A stretch of 64,000 nucleotides of DNA, taken from the NCBI GenBank assembly GCA_965370045.1, contig CBDUSI010000001.1, forward strand, positions 18,691 to 82,690, given 5' to 3'. This DNA comes from an uncultured bacterium (GTDB lineage: Bacteria; Planctomycetota; SZUA-567; JAKLDR01). The notes under the pieces are model-generated. The model worked only from the letters and a program-made list of their open reading frames with translations. It was not told where the DNA came from and made no database searches. A program made the translations under genes and the position numbers. Positions 18,801-27,850 of this stretch are shown piece by piece (position 1 is the first letter of the stretch; each line of letters begins with the position of its first letter).

Positions 18801-19313
18801 GCCGTCCTTCCCGAAGAGGTCGCGGTAGAACCCGGCCGCCTCGCGGGCGCGGTCGGGCTTGCCGGAAAGGAACAGCGTCGGCACCTCGCCGGAGAGGCAG
18901 CCGCTCATGGCGATGAGCCCCTCGGCGTGCTCGGCCAGGACCTGCTTGTCGATCCGCGGGCGGTAGTAGAACCCGTCGAGGTAGGCGGTGCTGGCCAGCT
19001 TGATGAGGTTGTGGTAGCCCGTCGACCCGGTGGCCAGCAGGGTCAGGTGGTAACCGGCCTCGCTCATCCCCGCGGCGTTGCGGTCCAGGCGGCTGTGGTG
19101 AGCGACGTAGCTCTCCATGCCGATGATGGGCTTGATGCCCACCTTCTCGCAGGCCTTGTAGAACTCCACCGCCCCGAACATGTTGCCGTGGTCGGTGAGG
19201 GCCAGGGCGGGCATCTTGAAGCGGTGGGCGCGCTCGGCGAGGTCCGCGATGCGGCAGGCCCCGTCGAGCAGGCTGTAGTGACTGTGGACGTGGAGGTGTA
19301 CAAAATCGGCCAC
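15861..19313 (-). CDS. dnaE: DNA polymerase III alpha subunit
   Basis: N-terminal PHP domain HLHVHSHYSLLDG, polymerase core, OB fold. 1150 aa. Convergent with the epimerase gene, 1 nt apart. Confidence 0.95.
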   Translation of the reverse strand: MADFVHLHVHSHYSLLDGACRIADLAERAHRFKMPALALTDHGNMFGAVEFYKACEKVGIKPIIGMESYVAHHSRLDRNAAGMSEAGYHLTLLATGSTGYHNLIKLASTAYLDGFYYRPRIDKQVLAEHAEGLIAMSGCLSGEVPTLFLSGKPDRAREAAGFYRDLFGKDGFFLEVQKNGIPEQDRVNGMLAELSAESGIPLVATADLHYLRREDAEVHDVLLCVQTGKKLSDVSRMRFPTDQFYFKSPEEMKAEFADFPGAVTRTVEIADRCNLALDFNTQHMPVFHPPGGESPEGYLRKLGWEGMKRRYGDPVPKVAAERFEREIKVLSRLSFASYYLIVWDFIRHARSVGIPVGPGRGSSAGSIVAYALWITDLDPLKYGLIFERFLNEGRNEPPDFDIDICQERRGEVIDYVTKKYGRESVAQIITFGTMAARAAIRDAGRVLEVPIPEVDRIAKLVPPEPKMTIAKALEREKELRDLYGADETVGRLMDIAKGLEGLARNCSTHAAGVVISDRPLAELVPLYRPPGEETVSTQYDMKMCGELGLLKMDFLGLQTLTVIDKACKLVKETTGKELDPAKFPLDEKRAYQMLARGETKGIFQMESSGMTELVVRLRPDCFEDLIALVALFRPGPLGSGMVEQYVDCKHGRQKPSYRHPIMEPILRETHGVILYQEQVQALAAKMAGFSLSEGDNLRRAMGKKIPEVMAQYRDQFVEGAKNNKIKGAIAEQVFQEIEYFAGYGFNKSHSACYALLAYQTAWLKAVHHVEFMAAVLTLDSGNTDKVVEYISECGRLDIEVLPPDVNASGAVFTVAGGKIRFGLSAVKGVGSKAVEAIVAARDTHGAFRDVFDFCEFVDTRSCNRSVIDALIKAGAFDSTGANRAQSAAVLDAALASGSRLARDRAQGQMTLLDSAGFVGESDEDRPGPPEMPEWPENRLLEFEKAVLGFYLSGHPLARHTELIGKFSSTSTGKLAGLPDGADVLLGGLLAQVKITVTKKAGRRMARLVLEDLEGSVEAVAFPRTYEEYSDQLRADKLIFLRGRADRKMERLSIIVEEVIPLEEARWQLAGSAVLRFGSGELDDELLEELKGVLAAHKGSKPIYFQVETGEGEVVTLQAGSGGVNPSDRLHEDLCELVGEKRVEFLPDSRR

Positions 19314-19469
19314 GGAGCGTCCCTCGGGCTTCCGGCTGCCGCCGAACCTGAGGGATCTTAGCGCGCAGGCGGCCCCCGGTCAACAGACGCGCACCGTTCC
19401 AGAATACGCCCCGGTTTGTAATGGCGGGACCCGCCCGGGAAGGTTAAACTGGGGCCGGAGGAGAAACCC

Positions 19470-20594
19470 GTGCGCTGTCCGAAGTGTAACCGCTGGCTGA
19501 CCCGGGCCATGAGCCCGTTCGGGGTGATCTACCACTGCCCGGACTGCGGCGGCCGCATGATCGGGCTGGCCACCCTGCGCCGGGATCGGGTCTCCGATGA
19601 GTTTCGGAACACGCTCTGGCAGGCCTCCAAGTACGCGGCCTTCGGCGGGCGCGCGTGCCCGCACTGCAACCAGTTCATGCGCCAGGTGGACATGCCCGGG
19701 CAGTACGGCGACCTGGAGTTGGACGTCTGCCGTCACTGCCTGTGCATCTGGTTCGACCCCTCCGAGTACCAGGCCATTCCCCACGGACCGGAAGCGCCGG
19801 CCGCCGCGCCCCCGGAACCGCCCCCGGACCTCGAGGCCCGGAAAGCCATGGTCATGCTCGATCTGGAGCGCGACCGCACCCGGCGCCAGCTCACCGCGGA
19901 GAAGAAGTCCGGCCCTCCGGACGAGGCCTGGAAGTGGCTGCCGGGCCTCCTGGGAATGCCGGTGGAGGTGGGCGCCCCGCCGATATCGACGCGACCCCTG
20001 ACCACCTGGGGCCTGGGCGCCGTGCTGGTGATCGCCTTCCTGGCCAGTTGGTCGAGCCTGGAAAGCACGGTTCGGAACCTGGGATTCATACCCGATCAGT
20101 GGTCGCGCTCCGCCGGCTTGACCCTGCTGACCAGCTTCTTCGTACACGGGGGGCTCTTCCACCTGCTCGGCAACCTCTACTTCTTCCTGGTCTTCGGCGA
20201 CAACGTGGAGGACCGCCTGGGCAAGTTCAAGTTCCTGCTGCTGGTCGTCGCCTCGCACCTGGCCGGCACGCTGCTGCACGCCGGGCTCGATCCCCGGGGC
20301 GATGTTCCGGTGGTGGGAGCCAGCGCCGGCATCTTCGGGGTAGTGGCCTTTTATGCGGTGGCCTTCCCGCGGGCGCGCCTGGGGCTGCTCTTCTTCTATT
20401 TCTGGTGGCTGCGTCTGCCGGCCATCGCCCTGCTCATCCTATACGGGGGCCTCCAGATGCTGGGAGCCTGGCTCCAGACCGAAGGAATGGGACAGGTCTC
20501 GAGCCTCGGACACCTGGGAGGCATGGCCGTGGGTATCGTCTTCGCGCTGGTGTGGCGAGTCGGCCAAAACCGGGAAGCGAAAGATGGAACCTGA
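19470..20594 (+). CDS. rhomboid-family intramembrane serine protease with two N-terminal zinc-ribbon modules
   Basis: CPKC..CPDC and CPHC..CRHC zinc ribbons. Six TM segments. Catalytic GASAGIFG (Ser) and GHLGG (His) motifs. Confidence 0.8.
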   Translation: MRCPKCNRWLTRAMSPFGVIYHCPDCGGRMIGLATLRRDRVSDEFRNTLWQASKYAAFGGRACPHCNQFMRQVDMPGQYGDLELDVCRHCLCIWFDPSEYQAIPHGPEAPAAAPPEPPPDLEARKAMVMLDLERDRTRRQLTAEKKSGPPDEAWKWLPGLLGMPVEVGAPPISTRPLTTWGLGAVLVIAFLASWSSLESTVRNLGFIPDQWSRSAGLTLLTSFFVHGGLFHLLGNLYFFLVFGDNVEDRLGKFKFLLLVVASHLAGTLLHAGLDPRGDVPVVGASAGIFGVVAFYAVAFPRARLGLLFFYFWWLRLPAIALLILYGGLQMLGAWLQTEGMGQVSSLGHLGGMAVGIVFALVWRVGQNREAKDGT

Positions 20595-21589
20595 ATCCTT
20601 TGCGGACCTCCTGGCAGCCCGGGAGCGCGCTGCTCCGTTCCTGGAGCGCTGCCTTTAGCCTCGGGCTTCTCCCCGCCGAGATTGGACAGCACCACCACCG
20701 CCAAAGCCAGGCCCACGCCGGCGACCTGCCGGCGAGTGATCTTCTCGCGCCAGAGGGCGCGGCCCAGCGCGGTGTTGAGGATGATTATCAGGCACGCCGC
20801 GGTGGGGAAGAAGACCGTGGCCGGGAGCGCGCTGAGGGCCAGCAGCGCGAAGAACAGGCCGAAGGTGTTGACCGCCCCGACGCCCCCGCCGATCTTAAAC
20901 TCTCTCACCGTTGGCTTGATCCGCTTCAAGGCCATGTACCCTATGGAGCACAGACATGAGACCCCGAAGAGCACCGCCTGGTAGAAGAGCCGCGTGTTCC
21001 GGGCGAGAAGTTCTCCGGCCTCGTCCAATTCTCCGCCCGGACCGGCCAGCAGCAGCTTGGTGTAGAACTCCTGCGCCTTGTGAATCGTGCCCATGGCCCC
21101 GGCCATCACGAAGCACAGCAGCAATATGCCGTCGCCCCTCAGTCCCAGGCGCTTCGCGCCGTCTTGCCCTGCCTCTTTCTTCCCGCGCGGGCGGAGCAGC
21201 ACCACCGCGACCGGCACCAGCCCGAGGGCGATCCACTGCGGGCGGGACATGTGCTCACCCCAGGCGAAGTGGGTGACCAGCACGGGCAGCACCACCCCGG
21301 AACTCACGAAGGCCCAGGTGATGCCCACGCCCGCCAAACGAAAACCGGCGACCATCACCAGGAGGTGCAGCAGGAAGAGCACCCCGTTAACCGCACCCAG
21401 GCCAGCGGCCAGCCCGGGCCCGGCGACCCTCCAGGCCCCGAAGGCCAGCAGCAGCCCCGCCGAGAGGACCGCGGTGAGGACGTAGTTGACCCCCGCCACG
21501 GAGACGGTCCGACAGGAGCGCTTCTGCCCCAGCCGCAGCAGCTGGCTGAAGCAGAGCACGCAGGCTACGTGAACGAAGAGGTAGGTCAC
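20396..21589 (-). CDS. EamA/DMT-superfamily transporter (10 TM) with a low-complexity C-terminal tail
   Basis: GTG start at 21589 with RBS aaaggga. Two EamA-like hydrophobic halves. The frame has no stop until 20396, so the 3' roughly 200 nt overlap the convergent rhomboid gene. The end coordinate is uncertain. The upstream part of the track ORF (to 22420) is antisense to the LplT-Aas gene and is rejected. Confidence 0.5.
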   Translation of the reverse strand: MTYLFVHVACVLCFSQLLRLGQKRSCRTVSVAGVNYVLTAVLSAGLLLAFGAWRVAGPGLAAGLGAVNGVLFLLHLLVMVAGFRLAGVGITWAFVSSGVVLPVLVTHFAWGEHMSRPQWIALGLVPVAVVLLRPRGKKEAGQDGAKRLGLRGDGILLLCFVMAGAMGTIHKAQEFYTKLLLAGPGGELDEAGELLARNTRLFYQAVLFGVSCLCSIGYMALKRIKPTVREFKIGGGVGAVNTFGLFFALLALSALPATVFFPTAACLIIILNTALGRALWREKITRRQVAGVGLALAVVVLSNLGGEKPEAKGSAPGTEQRAPGLPGGPQRIQVPSFASRFWPTRHTSAKTIPTAMPPRCPRLETCPIPSVWSQAPSIWRPPYRMSRAMAGRRSHQK

Positions 21590-21710
21590 GGCATCCCTTT
21601 CGACCGGTCCGCGAGTGTACGGGGTCGGAGAACTCTTGGCAAATGCTGAGCGGTGGCGAAAAACATCTCGCCCGTTGAACGCGGCCCGGCGCGCCGCTAA
21701 GATTGCCGCC

Positions 21711-24700
21711 ATGAGCGAAGAGCCAGCCGCTCCACGCCGGGGTCTCGCCGGCCGTTCCTTCTGGGCCCTGATGGGCACCCAGTTCCTGGGGGCCTTCAAC
21801 GACAACGCCCTGCGCATGGTGGTGGGCCTGATGGTGGTGGCCCACATGGACCTGACCAAGGCCGCGCAGGTGCCCATGCTCGCCGCGGTGACGGCCGTCT
21901 TCGCGCTGCCCTTCATCCTCTTCTCGACGGTGGCCGGGTACCTGGCCGATCGCTTCAGCAAGCGCGCGGCGATCTTCTGGGCCAAGGTCGCCGAGATCGC
22001 CGTCATGGTCCTGGCCGCGCTGGCCCTGTGGAGCCGCAACCCCTGGATATCCCTGGCGGCCGTGTTCCTGATGGGCGCGCAGAGCGCCTTCTTCAGCCCG
22101 GCCAAGTACGGAATCCTCCCGGAGATACTCGACGACACCGAACTCTCCCGCGGCAACGGCCTGGTGGGAATGTTCACCCAGTTGGCCATCATCGCCGGGT
22201 CGATTTTCGGCGGCATGCTGATCGATGCGTTCCACGGGGCAAGGATGCTCTGGATAGGATTGATCCTCGCCGCAGTGGCCGCGCTGGGGACGCTGACCAG
22301 CATCTTCATCGAGAAACTCCCCGCCGCCGGCGCGCGCGCTGGCCTCCGCTGGAACTTCCTGGCCGAGGCCTGGCAGAACCTCCGCGAGGTGCGCCGCGAC
22401 CGGGCGCTGTTCCTCTCCATGCTGGGGGCCTCCTACTTCTGGCTGATGTCCTCGCTGTTCCTGCTGAACTTCTACCTCTACGGCTACAAGCTCATGGAAC
22501 TGGATGGGAAGGGCGTCGGGCTCTACCTGGCGCTGGCCGGGGTGGGCATCGGCCTGGGCAGCCTGGTCGCCGGGCGGCTCAGCGGCGAGAAAGTCGAGTT
22601 CGGCCTGGTGCCGGTGGGCGCCGCGGCCATGGCGCTCTTCAGCTTGCTGCTCTTCTTCGCCGCCGGGTCGAAGTTCTGGGTGGCGGTGGTTCTCTTCCTG
22701 CTGGGCGCCGGCTCGGGCTTCTACCTGGTGCCGCTCTCCGCCTTCATCCAGCAGCGCGCGCCGCGCGAGGCCAAGGGCACGGTGATCGCCACCAACAACT
22801 TCCTCTCCTTCACCGGGATCATCCTCGGCGCGGGCCTGTTCGCGCTGGTGGGCCTGAAGCTCGACCCCGCGCAGGTCTACCTCTTCCTGGCGATCCTCAC
22901 CGTGGGCGTCACCGGCTACATCTTCAGCCTGCTGCCCGACTTCCTGCTGCGCTTCGCGCTGCTCACCTTCACGCGCCTCTTCTACCGCATCAGGACCGCC
23001 GGGGCCGAGAACGTGCCTCGGGATCGCGGGGCGCTGCTGGTCTGCAACCACGTCAGCTACATGGACGCCCTGCTGGTGCTGGCCTGCCTGCAGCGCTTCG
23101 TGCGCTTCATCATGTACCGCCGCTTTTACGAGTGGCCGCTGGTCAACTGGGGCTGCCGCCAGCTCAAGATCATCCCCATCTCCGGAAGCGACCGCCCCCG
23201 GGAGATGGTCAAGAGCCTGCGCGGCGCGGCCGAGCTGGTCCGCAACGGGGAGCTGGTCTGCATCTTCGCGGAGGGTTCCATCACCCGCACCGGCAACTTG
23301 TTGAGATTCCAGCGCGGGTTCGAGCGGATAATGAAGGGGCTGGACGCCCCCATCATCCCGGTATACATCGACCGCATGTGGGGCAGCATCTTCAGCTTCG
23401 AGGGCGGCCGGGCCTTCTGGAAGCTGCCCAGCCTGAGCCCGGGGCGCAGCCGGGTGACCGTCTCCTTCGGCGAGGCGCTGCCGGCCTCGAGCACCAGCGC
23501 GGAGATTCGCCAGGCGGTCTCCGAGCTGGGCACCGAGGCCTTCGCGCTGCGCAAGAGCGACCAGGTGCTGCTCCACGAGGCCTTTATCGCCTCGGCGCGC
23601 TCTGCCAGCGGCCGGCTGTGCATGGCCGACACCACCGGGGCCTCGCTGAGCTACCGCCGCGCGCTGTGGAGCGCCATCGCCCTGGCTGATCACCTGAGAA
23701 AGCGCCTGGCCGGCGGGCCGGAGTGCGTCGGCGTGCTGCTGCCGGCCACGGCCGCCGCGGCGCTGACCAACATTTCGCTGCTGCTGGCCGGCAAGGTGGC
23801 GGTCAACCTCAACTGGACCGCCGGCAGGGAGAGCATCCGCTCGGCGGTGCTGCAGTGCGGAGTCAGACAAATCATCACCAGCCGCGAGTTCCTGAAGAAA
23901 GTCGAGCTGGAGAGCCTGGGCCTGGCGGTGGGCGTGGACTCGCCGCAGCATCTATACGTTGAGGACCTCAAGGCGGCCATCGGGCCCGGGCGCAGGCTGC
24001 TGGCCGCGCTCAAGGGCGAGTTCCTGCCCCAGTGGCTGCTGCGCCTGCTCTACGGGAAGCGCGGGCGGGACATCGACGCGCTTTCGACAATCATCTTCTC
24101 CTCGGGCTCCACCGGCGAGCCCAAGGGTGTGATGCTCACCCACGCCAACGTGATGAGCAACCTGGAGGGCCTCAGCCAGGTATTCGCCGCCGGGGGCAAC
24201 GACCGCATAGCCGGAGTGCTGCCCTTCTTTCACGCGCTGGGCTTCACCGCCACGCTGTGGCTGCCGCTGGTCAAGCGCATCGGCGCGGTCTACCACCCCA
24301 ACCCCACCGACGGCCGCGCGGTGGGCGCTCTGGTCAGAGAGTTCGGGGCCACCGCGCTCCTGGCCACGCCCACCTTCCTGCGCATCTACACCCGCGCGGT
24401 GCTGCCCGGCGACTTCGGCTCGTTGAAAGACGTAATGGTCGGCGCCGAGAAGCTGCGCGACGAAGTCGCCGCGGCCTTCTTCAACAAGTTCGGCGTCCGA
24501 CCGGCCGAGGGCTACGGATGTACGGAGTGCGCGCCGGTGGTGAGCATCAACGTGCCCGACTTCCGCGCGCCGGGGGTCATGCAGAAGGGCACCAAGCCGG
24601 GGACCATCGGCCAGGCGCTGCCAGGGGTCTCGGTGCGCGTGGTGGACCCCGAGAGCTTCGTGCCGCTGGCGCCGGGCACCGACGGGCTGCTGCTGGTCAA

Positions 24701-25181
24701 GGGCGCCAACGTCATGAAGGGCTACCTCAACCGGCCGGAGCTGACCGCCGAGGTCATGCGCGGCGGCTGGTACGTCACCGGGGACATCGCCCGGCTGGAC
24801 GAGGACGGCTTTATCACCATAACCGACCGGCTGAGCCGCTTCAGCAAGATCGGCGGCGAGATGGTACCCCACGGCCGGGTGGAGGAGGAGATAGAGAAAA
24901 TCCTGGGCGGCGAGGAGTTGCTCGTCGCGGTGACCGCCGTGCCCGACGAGAAGCGGGGCGAGCGGCTGGTCGTGCTCCACAAGCGACTGCCCGTCAGCGT
25001 GGAGGAACTCCGCGAGAAGCTCGTGGCCTCCGAGCTGCCCCGGCTGTGGGTCCCGCGCCGCGAGGACTTCCACGAGGTCGAGGACATCCCCGTACTGGGC
25101 ACCGGCAAGCTGGACCTGAAAGGCATCAAGCACCTCGCCGCCGAGAGCTCCGGGGACGCGGGCGGGGCACCGGGCCGATGA
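21711..25181 (+). CDS. fused lysophospholipid transporter LplT (MFS) / 2-acylglycerophosphoethanolamine acyltransferase / acyl-ACP synthetase (Aas)
   Basis: N-terminal 12-TM MFS domain, PlsC-type acyltransferase motif NHVSYMD (HxxxxD), and an AMP-binding domain SSGSTGEPKGV. Start set at ATG 21711 (MSEEPAAPRRG); the ORF-track start 21615 is less likely. Confidence 0.85.
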   Translation: MSEEPAAPRRGLAGRSFWALMGTQFLGAFNDNALRMVVGLMVVAHMDLTKAAQVPMLAAVTAVFALPFILFSTVAGYLADRFSKRAAIFWAKVAEIAVMVLAALALWSRNPWISLAAVFLMGAQSAFFSPAKYGILPEILDDTELSRGNGLVGMFTQLAIIAGSIFGGMLIDAFHGARMLWIGLILAAVAALGTLTSIFIEKLPAAGARAGLRWNFLAEAWQNLREVRRDRALFLSMLGASYFWLMSSLFLLNFYLYGYKLMELDGKGVGLYLALAGVGIGLGSLVAGRLSGEKVEFGLVPVGAAAMALFSLLLFFAAGSKFWVAVVLFLLGAGSGFYLVPLSAFIQQRAPREAKGTVIATNNFLSFTGIILGAGLFALVGLKLDPAQVYLFLAILTVGVTGYIFSLLPDFLLRFALLTFTRLFYRIRTAGAENVPRDRGALLVCNHVSYMDALLVLACLQRFVRFIMYRRFYEWPLVNWGCRQLKIIPISGSDRPREMVKSLRGAAELVRNGELVCIFAEGSITRTGNLLRFQRGFERIMKGLDAPIIPVYIDRMWGSIFSFEGGRAFWKLPSLSPGRSRVTVSFGEALPASSTSAEIRQAVSELGTEAFALRKSDQVLLHEAFIASARSASGRLCMADTTGASLSYRRALWSAIALADHLRKRLAGGPECVGVLLPATAAAALTNISLLLAGKVAVNLNWTAGRESIRSAVLQCGVRQIITSREFLKKVELESLGLAVGVDSPQHLYVEDLKAAIGPGRRLLAALKGEFLPQWLLRLLYGKRGRDIDALSTIIFSSGSTGEPKGVMLTHANVMSNLEGLSQVFAAGGNDRIAGVLPFFHALGFTATLWLPLVKRIGAVYHPNPTDGRAVGALVREFGATALLATPTFLRIYTRAVLPGDFGSLKDVMVGAEKLRDEVAAAFFNKFGVRPAEGYGCTECAPVVSINVPDFRAPGVMQKGTKPGTIGQALPGVSVRVVDPESFVPLAPGTDGLLLVKGANVMKGYLNRPELTAEVMRGGWYVTGDIARLDEDGFITITDRLSRFSKIGGEMVPHGRVEEEIEKILGGEELLVAVTAVPDEKRGERLVVLHKRLPVSVEELREKLVASELPRLWVPRREDFHEVEDIPVLGTGKLDLKGIKHLAAESSGDAGGAPGR

Positions 25182-25196
25182 CCGCTGGCCGACGGG

Positions 25197-25982
25197 CTAC
25201 TTCTCCGGTTTCTTCTTGGCCTCTTCGGCCCGCAGGCGCTTGAGCACCTCGCGCGCGGTGGCGCGCTCCTCCGCGCTGATCTTGGGATCCTTGATCCTGG
25301 CTTCGAGCCTGCGAATCACCTCGGCGGGGTCGGCCTTCCCGGAAGGTTGAACGTAAGCGTCCCGGCGCTCGTCCTCGGGATCGTAGACCGCCCGGTCGCC
25401 GGGCTTGAAGGCCTCGCGGCCCTCGATGATCCGCGCGCCGCTGAGCCCCGGCTTGACCAGCGTCACCTTCACCCGACCCAGGTAGCGGTCGCCACGGTAT
25501 ATGTAGAAGACCCTGCCGGCCTTGACCCCGGCCTTCGCGCCGGCGCCGAGGACCACCTGATCCTTCTTCGCCCGGACGTCCAGCAGTTGGGTGCGGATCG
25601 TTCCGGGCGTTGTCGCGAATTTCGGGGGCTTCTTCTTCGCGGGGGGGCGCGTGGAAATGAAGGTCACCGCCCGGTCGCCGATGCTCAGGGGCTGCTTGCC
25701 GTCGAAGATACTGCCGCCGCAGCGCTTCTCCCAGACGTGTTCGACCCGCACCCGGCCGATCAGCTCCCTCCGGCGGTAGATCTCGAAGACGCAGCCCGGG
25801 GACACCCCGTCGGAGCTCCCGGCGTCGATGGCCGCCTGGTTGCTGCGCTTCAAGACGTCGACGACCTCGGCATGGACCTTGCGAGGGGCGGGCTCCCTCC
25901 CCCGGTCGGGGGGCTTCGGCCCCGATACGCACCCGGCGGCCAGGAGGGGGACCAGACTCAAGAGCAGGAGGCGCGCTTGCAT
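25197..25982 (-). CDS. hypothetical lipoprotein
   Basis: MQARLLLLSLVPLLAAGC lipobox. RBS ggaggag 8 nt upstream of ATG 25982. Lys-rich C-terminus. Confidence 0.55.
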   Translation of the reverse strand: MQARLLLLSLVPLLAAGCVSGPKPPDRGREPAPRKVHAEVVDVLKRSNQAAIDAGSSDGVSPGCVFEIYRRRELIGRVRVEHVWEKRCGGSIFDGKQPLSIGDRAVTFISTRPPAKKKPPKFATTPGTIRTQLLDVRAKKDQVVLGAGAKAGVKAGRVFYIYRGDRYLGRVKVTLVKPGLSGARIIEGREAFKPGDRAVYDPEDERRDAYVQPSGKADPAEVIRRLEARIKDPKISAEERATAREVLKRLRAEEAKKKPEK

Positions 25983-26062
25983 GGCGGCTTCTCCTCCGTC
26001 CGTTAAGAGAGGCGGCACCCGCCCTCGGGCGCCGCCCCTTTCATGACGTCCTGCCGCGCGGA

Positions 26063-27697
26063 CTACTTAGAGTGCTTCTTGGCCAGCTCATCGGCGCGGG
26101 CCTGGAGCGTGGCGGCCAGCTTGGCCTTGCCGTCGGCCTTGGCCTTGGCGGCCAGCCCGGCCAGCTTCTTGGCGAACTGGGCGCCCTGGCCGGCCTTGAG
26201 GTACAGCTTCTCGGCCTTCTTCCAGGCGCCGGAATCCAAGTCCAGGTGGGAAGCGACCAGGTAGTACGTGGAGGCGTCCACCAGGTCGGCGGGCTCGGTC
26301 GCGAACTTCTCGAGCAGCTCGCCGATGCGCAGCACGGCGGCGGCCGCGTCCTTCCCGCGCGAGCCGTCGGCGGTCCTCATGGTAATCGCCGCGTAGTAGT
26401 AGGGCAGGGCGGCCTCGGCGCGCCCCCGGGCGGTCTTGCCCGCGGCCTTCTCCAGCGCCTGGGCCTTGGCGAAGGCGGCTCCGGGAGCGGCCACGTCGCC
26501 GACCTTGACGGACACGAACTTCCTGATGGGAACGACCGCCGGCTTCTTGGGCTCAGGCTTTTTCGGTTCGGGCTTCTTGGGTTCCGGCTTCTTCGGCTCG
26601 GGCTTCTTGACCGCCTTGGCCTTGTACTTCTCGACCTTGGCGATCATCGCCGCGGCTTTCCGGTCGTAGCCGGTGCCCGCGCCGGACTTCTTGGCCACGC
26701 CGAAGGCCTTGATGGCCGCGTCGTAGTCCTTGGGATTCTTCTTGTAGTCGGCCAGCGCCATCTCGTAGAGCGCCCGGGCATTGGCGGTCTTGGCACGCTT
26801 GGCCGCGGCGGCCTTGAGTACCTTGAGCTTGGCGATCATCTTGTCAGCGCTCTTCTCGTACCTGGTGCCGGCCGCGGCCTTCTTGACCTCCTGGTAGCGC
26901 ACGATGGCCGCGTCGTAGTTCTTGCGATCGGCCTTCCAGGCTTTCTCCGCCGCGACCAACATCCCCTTGGCCTGACGGGCCTTGGCCACCGCGGAGTCGA
27001 CCTTCTTGGGCTCCGGCTTCTTGGGTTCCGGTTTCTTGGGCTCGGGCTTTTTCGGCTCGGGCTTCTTGGGCTCCGGCTTCTTGACCGCCTTGGCCTTGTA
27101 CCTCTCGACCTTGGCGATCATCGCCGCGGCTTTCCGGTCGTAGCCGGTGCCCGCGCCGGACTTCTTGGCCACGCCGAAGGCCTTGATGGCCGCGTCGTAG
27201 TCCTTGGGATTCTTCTTGTAGTCGGCCAGCGCCATCTCGTAGAGCGCCCGGGCATTGGCGGTCTTGGCACGCTTGGCCGCGGCGGCCTTGAGTACCTTGA
27301 GCTTGGCGATCATCTTGTCAGCGCTCTTCTCGTACCTGGTGCCGGCCGCGGCCTTCTTGACCTCCTGGTAGCGCACGATGGCCGCGTCGTAGTTCTTGCG
27401 ATCGGCCTTCCAGGCTTTCTCCGCCGCGACCAGCATCGCCCTGGCCTGACGCGCCTTGGCCACCGCGGGGTCGACCTTCTTGGGCTCGGGTTTCTTGGGT
27501 TCCGGTTTCTTCGGTTCCGGCTTCTTCGGCTCGGGCTTCTTGACCGCGGGAAGCGGCAGCTTGGTCCCATCGGCCGGACAGTACTTGGTGCCGTCCTTGA
27601 GCTTCCGCTTGCAGGTAGGACACTCCACCGCAAGGGCCAGCGCGGCGGTCAGGAAAACCGCAGCGACGGCGATAATCGAGGCCTTGATAAGACGCAT
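26063..27697 (-). CDS. membrane-anchored TPR-like repeat protein with (KKPEP)n linkers and an internal 158-aa tandem duplication
   Basis: ATG 27697 with RBS gggagg. N-terminal TM anchor, CPTC..YCP zinc-ribbon-like segment, then two near-identical 158-aa units separated by KKPEPKKPEP stretches, then a TPR-like C-terminal domain. The track ORF extends to 28666, but that part is antisense to the heparinase gene. Confidence 0.65.
   Translation of the reverse strand: MRLIKASIIAVAAVFLTAALALAVECPTCKRKLKDGTKYCPADGTKLPLPAVKKPEPKKPEPKKPEPKKPEPKKVDPAVAKARQARAMLVAAEKAWKADRKNYDAAIVRYQEVKKAAAGTRYEKSADKMIAKLKVLKAAAAKRAKTANARALYEMALADYKKNPKDYDAAIKAFGVAKKSGAGTGYDRKAAAMIAKVERYKAKAVKKPEPKKPEPKKPEPKKPEPKKPEPKKVDSAVAKARQAKGMLVAAEKAWKADRKNYDAAIVRYQEVKKAAAGTRYEKSADKMIAKLKVLKAAAAKRAKTANARALYEMALADYKKNPKDYDAAIKAFGVAKKSGAGTGYDRKAAAMIAKVEKYKAKAVKKPEPKKPEPKKPEPKKPEPKKPAVVPIRKFVSVKVGDVAAPGAAFAKAQALEKAAGKTARGRAEAALPYYYAAITMRTADGSRGKDAAAAVLRIGELLEKFATEPADLVDASTYYLVASHLDLDSGAWKKAEKLYLKAGQGAQFAKKLAGLAAKAKADGKAKLAATLQARADELAKKHSK
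26530..27555. repeat. tandem direct duplication, period 474 bp, copies about 98% identical (within a coding region)
   Basis: Unit starting at 26606 (cttgaccgccttggccttgtacttctcgacc...) repeats at 27080 with only a few substitutions. The units are flanked by ggcttcttgggytccggyttctt (KKPEP-encoding) short repeats. Confidence 0.85.
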
Positions 27698-27850
27698 CGC
27701 ATTTCCTCCCAAAGAGCTGCAAATCGCGGCCCGCCGGACCGCTCCAGACCCCTCGGCGGCGGCCGCTTGGACCCACGAATATCTCCGTAACAGCGCTTCG
27801 GTCAAGGGGAAAAGGGCTGCTTGCGTCGGGCGCAGGGCGGGCGATAATCG

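Noticed and set aside
20396-22420. Full 674-aa extent of the minus-strand ORF from the track
   Set aside because: Only the 3' 1.2 kb (from GTG 21589) has transporter-like hydrophobic periodicity and an RBS. The 5' 830 nt overlap the strongly supported LplT-Aas gene on the opposite strand.
26530-27555. Possible CRISPR array suggested by regularly repeated ggcttcttggg(c/t)tccggcttctt units
   Set aside because: The repeats are in frame within a real gene and encode KKPEP. The intervening segments are duplicated 474-bp coding units rather than unique spacers. No cas genes. This is a protein-level tandem repeat.
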